This document shows, piece after piece, positions 1 to 13,542 of a DNA stretch of 64,000 nt. This DNA comes from Octopus vulgaris (taxonomy: Eukaryota). The first letter of the stretch is position 1. Each line of letters starts with the position of its first letter. The notes below the pieces were generated by a model that did not search any database, had not been told where the DNA came from, and saw nothing but the letters and a program-made list of their open reading frames with translations. The stretch is taken from assembly GCA_951406725.2 (NCBI GenBank), contig OX597822.1, forward strand, positions 2,852,001-2,916,000, written 5' to 3'. Both the position numbers and the translations under genes were made by a program.

Positions 1-1174
1 ATAATACAAAAATTAGTTGTATATTACAGTAAAATCAACCTATAACAATAAATTCACAGTAAAATTTGCTTGAGTTCTTGCCTAAAATATTGCCAAGTCT
101 TCACATTTTTAGTCTTGACCTAATGTCTATTTTTGACATAATGAATTTGCCTGCCATATATACTATTCTACTTTGCATAAAACTTTAGCTATATTGGTAC
201 TTCTGGATCTCATTTTTAAAGTATCCTAGTGTGTCAAGGTTTTAACAAAATGATGGTTCTTTTTTAATTATAATGTTACTTCGTAGTTAAAATAAAATAA
301 ATTTTAATATTCAATTTTATCCTTAACTGAAATATTTTAATAAAAATGTTCTTGTTCTGTATTTTACCAGATGTAATAAGTTGTCCTAAACTTTTCCAAG
401 TGTAATAACTTATCCTGTACTTTTCCAGGATTTTAATCTTAAGAATATTATTTCTCTTGCTCGCATTTTTCCATGTAATCCATGTTTTTTCCAGACTATG
501 CTAATTTATGCTAATTAAGAATGTGTCAAATTTGTCAATTTGCTTCAATTTACAATGACGCCGGTGACATATATTAAAAGTCCCCTTATAGAACTATATT
601 CATAAAAAAGTATAGAACTATATTATCACCCTTAAATTTAAGAAACAAACGCTCATAACATTTTCTTTTAAAACTTCATCGCCTGAAACTGATACCATGA
701 AATTCCTCGAATTAAGCTCTATCATTTAAACCTGATTGTTTTAAAAATACAAAAAGTTAATTATACTTAAATCCAATTTTTTGCCTTACTTATAATTTTT
801 TCATGATGTTTTCTCTCACAACCTTTTGATACAAATTTTTATTGCATGGAAAGTGAACCATGAAATTCTTCATGCTCTCTTTAATCATTGAAGCTGAGCT
901 AGATATTTTTTGTTTTTAAAATAAAATAATTATTTAGATCTAAACTTGATTCGTGGCCTTACTTACTCTCCTATAGCGTTGCTACAAATTTCGATGTTAA
1001 CTTTTTTCTACTGGGTCAATATTTAGCTAGGGAGCAGTCCTCTTCAAAAATGTTAATAGTTCTTAATTTGGTTAAGAACCGAATTAGTAACAAGCTCTGA
1101 AAGGTGCTGCATATGAGTAAATTGCGATCTTAAGAATATTATTCAACAACTTCCGTAGTTGAATGATATATGTA

Positions 1175-1591
1175 GGCGCAGAAGAGGCTGTGGGGTAACA
1201 AGCTTGCTTCCCAACCACATGGTTCTGGGTTCAATCCAGCAGCGTGGGACCTTGGTGAGTCTATTCTACCATAGCTTCGGGTCAACAAAAGCCTTGTCAG
1301 TGGATTTGGTAGACGGAAACTGAAAGAAGTCCGTTGTATACATATATGTGTATATATATCTATGTGCGTGTGTGTGTTTGTCTTTGTGTCTGTGTTTGAC
1401 TCCCATCATCACTTGACAACCGGTGTTGGCGATGTTTACGTTCCCGTACCTTACCAATTCGACAAAACAGCTGATAGTATAAGTACCAGGTTCAAAACAT
1501 TAGTCCTGGTATCAATTCATTCGACTGAAAATTCAAGGCGTTTCACCAGCATAGCCGCAGTCTAATGACTGAAACCAGTAAGAGATAAAAG

Positions 1592-1592
<1 letters not shown>
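1175..1592 (+). mobile_element. tRNA-derived SINE, family A (full length)
   Basis: Head GGCGCAG..GGCTGTG..GGTAA..GGTTCAATCC (A/B-box-like), body GGATTTGGTAGACGGAAACTGAAAGAAG, central TA/TG microsatellite, tail CAGCATGGCCGCAGTC-AATGACTGAAACAAGTAAAAGA; more than 12 copies in window. Confidence 0.85.
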
Positions 1593-1645
<53 letters not shown>

Positions 1646-1687
1646 GTTAATAAAAGGAATTCCAACCTTACACAATCACACACACCC

Positions 1688-1746
<59 letters not shown>

Positions 1747-1748
<2 letters not shown>

Positions 1749-1908
1749 AGGAGAATTTACGAAAATCACAAAAGACGAAGACAGGTGGTGTACAAAACAA
1801 ACAGATGTATCCATATAACACTCAGGAATAGAAAAAGTCTTTTACATTTCGAGCCTACGCTCTTCTACAGAAAGGGACACAGAAAAAAACAAGGAGAGAT
1901 ACAAGGAG

Positions 1909-1912
<4 letters not shown>
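1747..1912 (-). mobile_element. Short insert in (TA)n with hammerhead-like motif (probably Penelope pLTR-derived); related copies at 11760-11890 and 12625-12695
   Basis: Minus strand CTTT-CTGTAGAA-GAGC-GTAG-GCTC-GAAATGTA-AAAG; shared AGACGAA-ACAGGT..TGTATTAGTTT motif among copies. Confidence 0.55.
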
Positions 1913-1944
<32 letters not shown>

Positions 1945-1953
1945 TAAATATAA

Positions 1954-2000
<47 letters not shown>

Positions 2001-2191
2001 GTGTGTGTATGTGTTAGAAATCAAGGTGTTTTTCTAGTCGCAGGCTGAAACAAGCAGAAGTAGTTTTGTATATTCGTTAATGTTGAAAAATGTAATGAAA
2101 AAGAGGAATTAAATTTATATGCTCGATAAAGAAAGTCTATTGGCAGGAAAGAAACACAAATAAGAATACACATATACATACATACATACAT

Positions 2192-2264
<73 letters not shown>

Positions 2265-2311
2265 CACACACACACAGACAAACAGATAGATAAATAGATA
2301 GATAGATAGAT

Positions 2312-2350
<39 letters not shown>

Positions 2351-2839
2351 TAGAATGATAGATATTCTACTATGTGAAAAATATACATATAATTTGTAAT
2401 GTTGAGATAAATATTTTTGTCAAGATAGTTTTTTTTTTTCATTTATTTTTTTTTTTGTACTATCGTATAATGTCAGATAGTGATAGATTTATTTGAGGTT
2501 AAAATGTAATAAACAGCTTGTTGATGTTTTGAACCGTTTGTAAGTACGATATAAATATTGTATGAGCTTATTTTCGTTTTTATATTATCTGAAAGTGTCA
2601 TGTAGTGATCTATGTAAATGATGTTATAAATGTATTAATATACTGAATAAATAAATATATATATAATGTATATACATACGTGTATGTGCGTATATATATA
2701 TATACATATATATATATATAATACACACACACATATATATATGCATACATATATACATACATATAATATTAAGTATATTATAGAAAATATGGGCTATTTA
2801 CGGAGTGCTCGTAGAAAGTCAATGTCTACATTATATTTG

Positions 2840-2886
<47 letters not shown>

Positions 2887-2908
2887 TAATATATTAATAC
2901 ATATACAT

Positions 2909-2951
<43 letters not shown>

Positions 2952-3183
2952 ATATACATATGCATATGCATATATATATATATATATATATATATAATGT
3001 ATATGGTATCAATATGTTGAATAAATACACATATACGTATGAGTGTGCTTGTGTGTATATATATATATAGACACATACATACGTACGTACGTACGTACGT
3101 ACATACATACATACATACATACATACATACATACATACATACATACATACATACACACACACATACATACATACATACATACA

Positions 3184-3218
<35 letters not shown>

Positions 3219-3789
3219 GTAAGGAAATATAAAAGAATAAACTGGAGTAAGTTAAAACAGAATTAATACACGATGGGAAGTATATATTTTAAATTTACTG
3301 CTAATGTCGATGATATTAGGAAAAAAATATAATGTTGGGAAAATGTCTTTTCTTCAAAACAGATTTCCCTCGATTCTTCAAACCGAGTTGCTCATTACTA
3401 CAGCGACACATTAAGAGACAGTTACTTCAAAGGAATGAAACCTTACATACAAGTAATACGGTAGTAATGCATAGAAACACACAGAGAAAAGGCAAACGAG
3501 ACATGAACAAAACTACACAAAAACACACAACGATCGTTGAGTTTTGAGCTAAAAATTTCTCACTACCTTATACGGTAATAATGAATTATATCTGTAATTG
3601 CATACTAGCTAAGCGTTGTTGACATCGTCATCCTCATCATTATCTTCATCTTTGTCGTCGTCGATGCTATTATTATTAACCCCACGTTTTCGTAAAGGTC
3701 TTTGCCTTGTAACTCGTCTTCTTTATTGTCCTCAATGTTTTGGTCCCTTGTGACCAATAAAAGAAATTACTATTATTATTATTATTATT

Positions 3790-4507
3790 CTATGTTTGAC
3801 TTTTGCTTTATATTTGTACAAGTTGACTCCAAGTCTCACCCAGAGACCTCAAGAGACAATAGGTCGGAAGTTCATGTTGGTGTCATGCCTAGGGTGCCAT
3901 ATATTTGATTTTGTACTTAGTGTTGTACTAGTGAATGCCTAAAAAACCATACGAAAATTATGTTTGTTTTAAACCTTGAGATTACATAGAAAGTATTTTG
4001 CGTAGGATATGAGCAGTTCCCATGAGCACTATCTTTTGAATTTCTGCCATTTTGGGGTTTACTGGTATCTGAGTTAGGTAGCAATCAGCCCCCTTTGCTA
4101 TCATTCCCAGGGCACCTATGACAACAGGTATTGTTTTAGTCTTTAGGTTCCACATTTTGCTGATTTCTATTTCCAGATATTTATATTTACTCAGTTTTTG
4201 GTAGGTCTTGACACATACGTTTATATCGATTGGGACAGTCATATCAATGAGGAGACATGTTTTTTGTTTGAAGTCTTTCAATATGATGTCTGGCCTATTT
4301 GCATCTATGTTTCTGTCAGTTTGAATGGTGAAGTTCCAGAGGAGTGACATGTTATCATTTTCAAGCACTGGAGGTGGTTTGTATTCCCACCAGATTTTAT
4401 CATGGGGCAAGTCCAAGTTTTTGCAAATTACCCAGTGAATATATTGTGCAGCTCTATCGTGTCTGTTGAGATACTCTGTAGGCGCTAGAAGACAACATGA
4501 TCAATCG
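3790..4507 (-). mobile_element. 5'-truncated R4/Dong-clade non-LTR retrotransposon (RLE endonuclease domain + 3' UTR)
   Basis: Minus frame reads ..LAPTEYLNRHDRAAQYIHWVICKNLDLPHDK..LLWNFTIQTDRNIDANRPDIILKD..CLLIDMTVP..KLSKY..IPVVIGALG (ORF 3982-4416), i.e. RHD and PD-x-D restriction-like endonuclease motifs. Both ends abut (TTA)n, the known Dong target type. Confidence 0.88.
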
Positions 4508-4520
4508 TTTATTATTATTA

Positions 4521-5079
4521 TTGAGTGAGAAAGCAGTGCATGCCATCAAAGTGAAACAGGGGGTAAAATATACGAAGCCCAGTATACCCATCATGACTAC
4601 CCGTCTGATAAGGGTACACCAGGCACATGCATCACAACCATATGTGCGTGACATGGTGATCTCATATCAAGATAAACAGCACATGACCTTGCAGGTGGGG
4701 CCCAGTTAGAATTTTCTTCTGGTCGAGTAGCCCATCCCTCACAAAAGGTCCCTGAATAAGGATTGTTTAAGGATGTTGAACGATCCACCCATGTTTCCAA
4801 AGATGAATTATCCAAACCTCCAAGAATCCCTTTCAACACACGACTATGATGCTACCCCATACTTCTGCTCGTGATCAGAGATGCACATATCGTCAGCCAC
4901 TAAGGGATATGCTCAACTTGTTACGGTCAAGCGACTGACAAGCAAATCTGTGGTATTGAGCAGAATATTTGCTGTAGCCCATCTTTTATACCAAGACAAA
5001 ACAATGTACATGATAACACTTCCAATCTGTTAAAATCAGAAGCCAGGAGAGCCACTGCCTGGTACTGCATCAGGGCATT
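4521..5079. mobile_element. ~560-bp non-coding insert bounded by (TTA)n on both sides; probable non-autonomous TAA-targeting element
   Basis: Complex sequence with sharp junctions to (TTA)n at 4510-4521 and 5079-5100; no credible ORF; adjacent to the Dong copy. Confidence 0.5.
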
Positions 5080-5191
5080 TATTATTATTATTATTATTAT
5101 TGTTATTGATGTTGTTGTTGTTATTGTTGTTATTATTATTATATCAACATCATCATCATCATCACCATCATCACCATCATCATCATCATCC

Positions 5192-5232
<41 letters not shown>

Positions 5233-5462
5233 CCATTATCAAGTAAAGAGTAAATCCATCTGGTTTCCCGCCCAAGTTAGAGCAATTTGATGTCTTGTGC
5301 TTTTTACACAAGATCCCAAACAATCTATAATATGTCCACGTTAACAGTGGCTAAAATACATTGTAATGCAATGTTTCACTGCATCTATTCTTGTATATCC
5401 TTGGACAGCCACCTTCAAGCCAAACGTATGGTTATGTATTTGTTAAAATTTATATTTATAAT

Positions 5463-5759
5463 CTGTCGTGTCTGGGGAGAGTCATTATCTTTTAGTGCCT
5501 TATTATTTAACACACTCACCGGTAAAATTTCCACTTGTTTCTTATTTTTATTTTCAAATGTTTTCGTTGCGTCTTTCAAACTTTTCAATAGTCTTGACTA
5601 TTGAAAAGGTTGCAAAGAGTCAAGACTTGACTATTGAAAATGTTGCAAGACGCAACGAAAATTTTAGAAAATAAAAATAAGAAACAAGTGGAAATTTTAC
5701 CGGTGAGTGTGTTAAATAATAAGGCACTAAAAGGAAATGACTCTCCCCAGACACAACAG
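5463..5759. repeat. ~300-bp near-perfect foldback (palindromic element)
   Basis: 5463-5595 is the reverse complement of ~5628-5759; ORFs 5468(+) and 5620(-) translate to almost the same peptide. Confidence 0.9.
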
Positions 5760-6184
5760 AATATGCTTCAACACACGAACTCATATAAAGAATCTTGCAA
5801 ACCAAATCCCAAAACGAAATATATTTATAATTATATCCATTTAAAATTCCATTATTTTAAGTGTTCATCCGTTTTAAGACAACACATGATAGGAAGAAAC
5901 AACCCTTTTCGTTGGGTCATTTGCCACGACGATGTTTTAGCAGAATTTATTCCAGTTTATATTATAGTTTATTTCTAAATACGCCAGACTTGAATTTTAA
6001 CTAAATATATTTTTTCTTTTATCATCGCCTGTTTTGGTGATTAGAGCAATTCACATCTTACCAAAACAGCTGTCTGTTTAACCGAGTGCATCACATGACC
6101 TGCTTCTTAAAAGAGGGTTAATGATATATGGGTGTGTATACATATGCATCATATACGTATATATATAAATATATATATATATAT

Positions 6185-6261
<77 letters not shown>

Positions 6262-6427
6262 CGTATATATATATATGTATATATGAACTCACACACACAC
6301 ATACACACATGTGATGTGTAAACACGAGAGATTGGATTTGTGCAGCACGTTTTATCACATATAATACAATTGCTTCATTTTCACTTTTGGTTGTGAGATT
6401 GCACCTGATAGCCAACACCCATGCAAG

Positions 6428-6469
<42 letters not shown>

Positions 6470-6815
6470 CTGTAACCTAATGGAGTCCATTACATCACAC
6501 CGGTGTCCCCTCTTTGTTCCTATTACCACTCTATACTCATCCAACCTTGTCTTCGGGACCTATATTGAGATGTACACCAGATTATTAGCCTCTTTGAGTT
6601 ACCCTTCTACCAAATTTTCTCAAAAGGCTTAGCTTGGTTGGAAAGGAAGCTTCTTACCCGCACAGTCAGGCCGTCGCCTAAATTCCTTTGACTAGCTTAA
6701 AATACAAAAACATGGGAGGCTCTACGGGATTAGGTGATTCCTTGATTGCAGTTGATAATCTCCCCTCAAATCAAAGGAAGCTCACATTTGATAATGTATA
6801 CAAAATAATTGAAAA

Positions 6816-7211
6816 TCTTTATATATAAAAGTGAAGTTGTGTGTCTGTCTTCTACGATTTAGATTCCTAACTACTCCCACATTTTGCGGTGCAGTTTAAC
6901 CAAAAGCGGGTATCTTATAGTCGTGCTTCATATCGAGCCCTTCTGGGTATTAGCGCGCGTCTACGATGAGTCTACGATTTTTAAAAAAATTACCATCATT
7001 TTTTTCCATTTTAATGCATTTTTCGCTATTATATAAGGGAAGTAACTCTCTAAAAATGTCTACGATGAGTCAACGATTTTCAAAAAAATTTACCATCATT
7101 TTTTTTCCATTTTTAATGCATTTTTTTGCTATTTTTTGCCTATAACTCTCTAAAAATGCTTATATAGTTATTTCCCTTACAAACCCGAGCAACGCCGGGC
7201 GATACTGCTAG
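6816..7211 (+). mobile_element. Non-autonomous Helitron
   Basis: 5' TC (A|TCTTTATATATAAAAG), subterminal hairpin CCCGAGCAACGCCGGG (7184-7199), 3' CTAG|T, inserted between A and T with no TSD; internal ~100-bp tandem duplication (~6960-7160). Confidence 0.88.
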
Positions 7212-7629
7212 TAATAAATATAACGATCTTCGTGGACATATTTTTGAGCCTATCTCTCCTTTGTTAGGGACCCAACTAGAACTAAGCAAGAACAGCGGCG
7301 ACGACGACGAATAAAAATAAACAAACAAGTTGATGCGCCCCTCCCCCCCGCCCCTCTAGCGCCTGTCGCACCTCTTCTGTGGCAATCCTACCTAACAAAA
7401 CGTTCAGCGAACTCTCAGCTTATTTCCTTCTCCACATGACTTCAGCTCTCGTTACGCCCCTCTCTGCTACCCAGATATTCGTTACATACATCACCATGTT
7501 TATGAATGTCAAACTTAAATGTAACACTGTTGACCTGAACAGTTTAGGAGTGACTATAAAATATCGGTCACTAATGATACCCTTCAGTCTGAATAACAAA
7601 AAAAAAAAAAAAGAAAGAAAAAAAAAGGC

Positions 7630-8330
7630 AATAACGGTTCCAAATTTTGGCACAAGGCCAATAATTTCAAGGGAGGGGATAAGTTGACTGCATCGGCTCC
7701 AGTGCTCGACTGGTGCTTATTTTATCGACATCGAAATGACGAAAGACAAAGTCGACCTCTGCGAAATTTGAACTCACAGCGTAAAGGCAGACGAATCGCT
7801 ACTAAGCATTTTGCCCGGCGTGCAAACGATTCTACCAACTCGCTGCCTTAACAACAACAGCAACAACAACAATAATCCTTTCTATTATACACACAAGGCA
7901 TGACATTTGTGGGGAGGAAGCTAGTCGATTACATCGACCCCAGTGTGTAACTGGTACTTATTTTATTGACACCCCGAAAGGATGAAAGGCAAAATCAACC
8001 TTGGCGGAATTTGAACTCAGAACGTAGCGACGGGGGAACACCGCTAAGCATTTCGCCCGGCGTGCAAACGATTCTACCAACTCGCTGCCTTAACAATAAG
8101 AATAATAATAATAAAGGTATCAAATTTTGCCACAAGTGCAGCCATATTGGGGAGGGGATAAGTCGATTACATTGACTCCAGTATTTCACAGGTACTTAAT
8201 TTATCGACCCCGAAAGGATAAAATGCAAAGTCGACCTCGGCTGGATTTGAAATCAAAACGTAAAGGCAGCTGAAATCATGTTAAGCATTTTTATCAGCGT
8301 GCTAACGATTCTGCCAGCTCACGACCTTTA
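7630..8330 (-). mobile_element. Three tandem SINE family B copies separated by (AAC)/(AAT) runs
   Basis: Reverse complement of GGCGGCGAGCTGGCAGAA-CGTTAGCACGCCGGG..GTTCTGAGTTCAAATTCCGCCGAGGTCGACTTTGCCTTTCATCCTTTCGGGGTCGAT (tRNA-like head plus conserved core). Confidence 0.85.
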
Positions 8331-8356
8331 TAATAATAATAATAATAATAATAATG

Positions 8357-8404
<48 letters not shown>

Positions 8405-10237
8405 GAGGAACGCTCTCAGTGGTCACTGGTAGTAGTAAACACATTTGACCTCTGTTGACCCAAAGGGTGCGAAGATTATTTTGTCTCCATAGCTGACCTG
8501 CCGAATCTATTTAAAGACCTGTAGAATATGACCTATTCACCAAGCTGCTACCGAAATATTTCCTTCAACAACCACATATTTATGATTATCTCAAGTACAA
8601 ATCAAAAGCTGAAAGTAAAGAACATATAGGAAAATCTTTTAATAAATGGAAATAATAATGATGATGATAACAATGGTAGTGGTGGTGATGGTGATAATGA
8701 TAAAGATAAATGCCCCGTGCATCGTTGACAAAGCAGACCTCATCATCTCTGCCTGGTTTTGCATTACATTGAGCCTTATTTTGCTTCTTCAATTTTTTTC
8801 ATTTGTATATGCTGTTTGCACAAAATGACCTCCTCTTCTTGCCGAAGGTAAGTTTTTCTCCACGGAAGATGGGCACCTCTTTAAAAGAGATTAGTTCGAC
8901 CTCATGAAAACTGTGTTCTCCATACTGGATGTTTACTTCTCTTTGCACATTTTGTTTCTTTTTTATTGTTTTCTCGGGGTCCTTTTCGTTCTCTTTCTGT
9001 TTTTGTTTTAAGTCTGCCGATCGCATTGGGCCTTCGCCTCGTCTTTGTCTTTATAAATGGTTGAGGCGGTACTACTTCCTGTTCCTTTAGTTTCCGTTAG
9101 TGTTGTTCTTGTTTTAGCTGTTTTTATTGTCTTCACCGGTTTAAGCAAGGAAAGGAAGCTTTGGGGGTCTTTTAGTTAATTCCAAGCAATGAGTACGGGG
9201 CAATATTCCTTTATAACGACTCCAGGGCTCTACTCGCTACCACTTTAAGGCCAATGAACACCATAGTTTGTTCTTGCTTTGTATTCTTTTGCGTTTTGGG
9301 GCAGATATCCGTTAAATGCTTTTTAAACAATCATACGAATAGCACCGGGGCTTGCTAGTCTGGATATTGAGTTTTCAGACCTTCCTCTTGATACTCACTA
9401 CAGGACTCAGTTTTAATATGTTTTGTTGTCTTGCACGTTTTGTTGTCTTGTATATCTCTGGTGATCCACCCGAGCATATAACGACAGCATTTTTCATCAA
9501 CACTCACCGTCTGACTACGTGAGTGGTAAAAAACTGGAGATCAACTGACAATAACATTTGTATTTCCCGTTCCCTAATATCAAGAGACTAATTTATGAAC
9601 AAGTGTGTCTTGCATTTTTGCCGTGTCCTGTATTTTGAAGGCGATGCACATATCCTGTCTCGCCTCATAAAGGAGATTTCGTTTAACGTGTCTGCCGAGG
9701 TTGTTTGGTAATTTTCATGAGATAATGGAATCTTCCCACGTTCTGTCAATGGAGCTTTCCATGACAGAATAAGAAAACTCGATTTTGGCAAAACTCAGTT
9801 GCGTTACTCCCTTCCTAACATGCAGTTTCCTATGGTAACTTGAGAGAAGCTAGCACACGTCTTGTTAACTATAATACTTCCATGCTTCAGTTCTTCCAAC
9901 AAAATGTTTCATAGCATTTTCCTGTTCTGTAATACACTTGTGGAACTTAGTGTATTGTAAGTGTTTGCCCCACCTTCATATGATAATGTACTGAAGCCTA
10001 TCGACTGAGTCAATAACACTTCTCCTGAAATATCTGACCTTGTACCAATGCAACAAATACTCATTATCTTGCTTTGACTCGCTACATAACAACCTATTCA
10101 ATCGTAGCCATTTTGTAATTCAAAGCATTTTTTATCGCTATCATTGTTTGACCCAGGCTGGCCCTGGTGAGTCATGACTATTTATATCCATTTGTATGCA
10201 AGGGAATACATTCTCCAATGAAACGTTCTTTTGGGCC

Positions 10238-10555
10238 AGGAGTTTTCAACCATTTTTCATCTATGGAACCCTTTGATTACTATTTTATCCCAGTGGATCC
10301 CAATTCAATGTTTAAAAATTAGTTTTAGAGATACTTCTTTCAAAAATTCTGTTTTGTTTTTTACACATCAGCTTGTGTAGGTTGAACTGCGTAAAATGTT
10401 AGAGAAAGAAACCTAACTTTTTCTTGAAATACGCACTAATTCATACATCTAAAGCAAAATTTTTCCTGGCCCCAATTCCCTATTTTGTTGTATGGAGCCC
10501 CAAAAGTCTTATATGGACCCTCAGAAGACATATGGGTCCCGGTTGAGAACAAATG
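10238..10555. mobile_element. hAT-like MITE
   Basis: Imperfect TIRs CAGGAGTTTTCAACC / GGTTGAGAACAAATG and internal GGACCC-type subterminal motifs. Confidence 0.55.
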
Positions 10556-10903
10556 TTTTAGGTGGTGAGGTATATTTTGAGGAAGATACAGCGGCTCCTT
10601 TTATCTAGTCGAGTCACCATATAGAGACTCCCTCATCGACAAAAAAATTGGAACAGATATGTATTTGTAAGTCTTCTTCAATTTCGCTGGCTCTTATATC
10701 TTCCTAGAAGCGTTCTGCTTCGACGCGCAAACATTGCAAGGATTACGTGACGGCGACATGGAAGATAGGATACTTAGAACGTTGCCTCTTGGTTCCATTC
10801 TATGACGCTGAAGAGAGAGACATGCATAAATGATTAAGAACCTTCTTTCATCTTGATAATTACTTCTGCAGATTTGCATGGATACCTGATAGAATCTCAA
10901 AGA

Positions 10904-10938
<35 letters not shown>

Positions 10939-11090
10939 TGAATAAATTATCCTAGTATGGATAATTCGGTTAATCGAAACCTGGGTAGCAAATTCACGTC
11001 AGAAAACACGGTTGAAGCTACATGCCGAGGGCAGAAACCCCGTGTTCTTGTGTGGAAATTTGTGTGTTTTTTTTTAAATATGAATAAATT

Positions 11091-11169
<79 letters not shown>

Positions 11170-11171
<2 letters not shown>

Positions 11172-11560
11172 GTACAGGACGTCACCAGCAGTAAACAACA
11201 TGAAATACGAATACAGATGAATTCAATACGCAAACAGCGAGAGAAACAAATGGAAAACCGGACAAGTAACGCAAAGAACGACTCTTCAGTAATTGTCGGC
11301 TGTCTATCTATTCCTCATTTCGAGCATTGAACGACAATATGAATCTTCGAAGTGCCAAAATAATGATTTTAGACTTATGGAGGGTCAAAGTTGTGAACAA
11401 AAACAGGACAGTGGAGACATACAAGGAAACCGAACGAAAACAAACATGGAGGGTCGTTAGACCAGAACGAGGGTAAAATAGCAAACGCTGGAGAAATATT
11501 TTCATTGAAGAGAAGAGAGAAGAGAGAGATAGAATATGTCCATTCCTGATGGACTGGAAG
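11170..11560. mobile_element. (TA)n-associated interspersed repeat; inverted homolog at 26430-26742, related pieces at 24440-24690, 51320-51490 and 23120-23250
   Basis: GTACAGGACGTCACCA..AACAACATGAAATACGAA..TTCAATACGCAAACA shared with 26640-26742 (ORF translations YRTSP-VNNMKYE in both). Confidence 0.75.
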
Positions 11561-11583
11561 TATCCTATATGTGCGCATATATG

Positions 11584-11618
<35 letters not shown>

Positions 11619-11666
11619 ATTATTATTATTATTTGATTGAACGGCACGAATCCATTTCCAAGTAAG

Positions 11667-11747
<81 letters not shown>

Positions 11748-11914
11748 ATATATATATTAGATAACAAAAGACGAAAACAGGTGAGGGAAAAACAAGCCGG
11801 TGTATTAGTTTGACCCTCGGAAAGAATAGACAAGTTTCGATCCTACGCTCTCCGACAGAAAAGACGGAGAGGAGAAAAAAATAGAAAGAAAACGAAATTT
11901 TAAAAATTGAGAAG

Positions 11915-12071
11915 CCTATACCCGAACCATATGGGCGGTCTTAGGGTTTAGTCCCACTGCGCGGCACATTGGCCATGCGCCATCTATAATAGCTCCGTGT
12001 CGACCGAAGTTTTGTGAGTAAATTTCGTAGATGGGAATTGAAAGAAGCCCATCGTATATATATCTATCTAC

Positions 12072-12130
<59 letters not shown>

Positions 12131-12320
12131 TGCTTGTCCACCACTAATTACTTGACAACTGGTATTGGTTTGTTTACGTCTCTGTAAATTAACGGTGCGG
12201 CAAAAGAAACTAGAATTTTAAAATAATAAGCACTGAGTCGATTTGTTTGGCCACAAATTTATCAAAGTACTGCCCCAGCATGGCCACAGACCTATGACTG
12301 AAACAGATGCAAGAATATAT
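11915..12320 (+). mobile_element. SINE family A (diverged)
   Basis: Same body and tail motifs as 1175-1592. Confidence 0.75.
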
Positions 12321-12574
12321 ACATTTGAACCAAGTAAGTACAGAGCCGGAATTGACGTCGCAAAACACTTCTTACGCGCTCACAATTTAGCCAGCGAGTC
12401 GCCTTTCACAGTAATAACAGCAACAACAAGATGAAGACAACAAAAGTGTTTTGGGTATCAACTAAATTTGTATTGATTACTTTTCAACACCGTGTAGCGC
12501 GTGCATGTGTGTGTACATATATATATTCGCGTATATGTATACGTGCATATACATATTTGTATATACAAACATAC

Positions 12575-12622
<48 letters not shown>

Positions 12623-12702
12623 GCTTTACAGAAAGACGAAAGACTAAGACAGGTATAAGAACAAATAGCAGGTGTATTAGTTTAACGCTCGGGATGTATA
12701 TG

Positions 12703-12737
<35 letters not shown>

Positions 12738-12741
12738 ATAT

Positions 12742-12869
12742 ATAATAAGGGCAAGCAACAGGTTGCTTAGGCACATACCTAAAAATTAGAAATAGCAGTC
12801 AAGACCGCTTATTTCTGTTTTCTTTCTAATTTTTCGGTATGTGGCTAAGCAACCTGTTGCTTCCCCTTA

Positions 12870-12873
<4 letters not shown>
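12742..12873. mobile_element. 132-bp hairpin MITE in (TA)n
   Basis: ~50-bp arms ATAATAAGGGCAAGCAACAGGTTGCTTAGGCACATACCTAAAAATTAGAAA and its near-perfect reverse complement. Confidence 0.85.
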
Positions 12874-12949
<76 letters not shown>

Positions 12950-13042
12950 CTTTTTGAAAAGGATCCTACCGATAATGGTTATATTTTCATACCGAAATCT
13001 ACCAGGAAATAATTGTTGATTTCGAAATTAATAATTATTTAC

Positions 13043-13189
<147 letters not shown>

Positions 13190-13205
13190 TATAGGCAGAT
13201 AGATG

Positions 13206-13256
<51 letters not shown>

Positions 13257-13511
13257 GATAGTTGTGTATATATATATATATGTATGCATGAATACGCTTG
13301 TGTGTGTATATGTTTATGAATATGTGTATGTGCATGTGTGTGCATGTGCACGCGCGTGTGTGTGTGTGTGTGTGTGCAATTAGGTCAGATCAATAGATGC
13401 ATAGAAAATGAGATGCACGTTTACAGGCAATCATGTTAAAAGTACATGTGCACATGTGCAGAAATAGGCTACATGAAGTGAAGTACATGTGCTGGAAATG
13501 TAGACTCCATC

Positions 13512-13539
<28 letters not shown>

Positions 13540-13542
<3 letters not shown>

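Noticed and set aside
8400-9540. Possible decayed LINE ORF1 on the minus strand (zinc-knuckle-like traces, Lys-rich stretch)
   Set aside because: Too degenerate to support a family call by eye.
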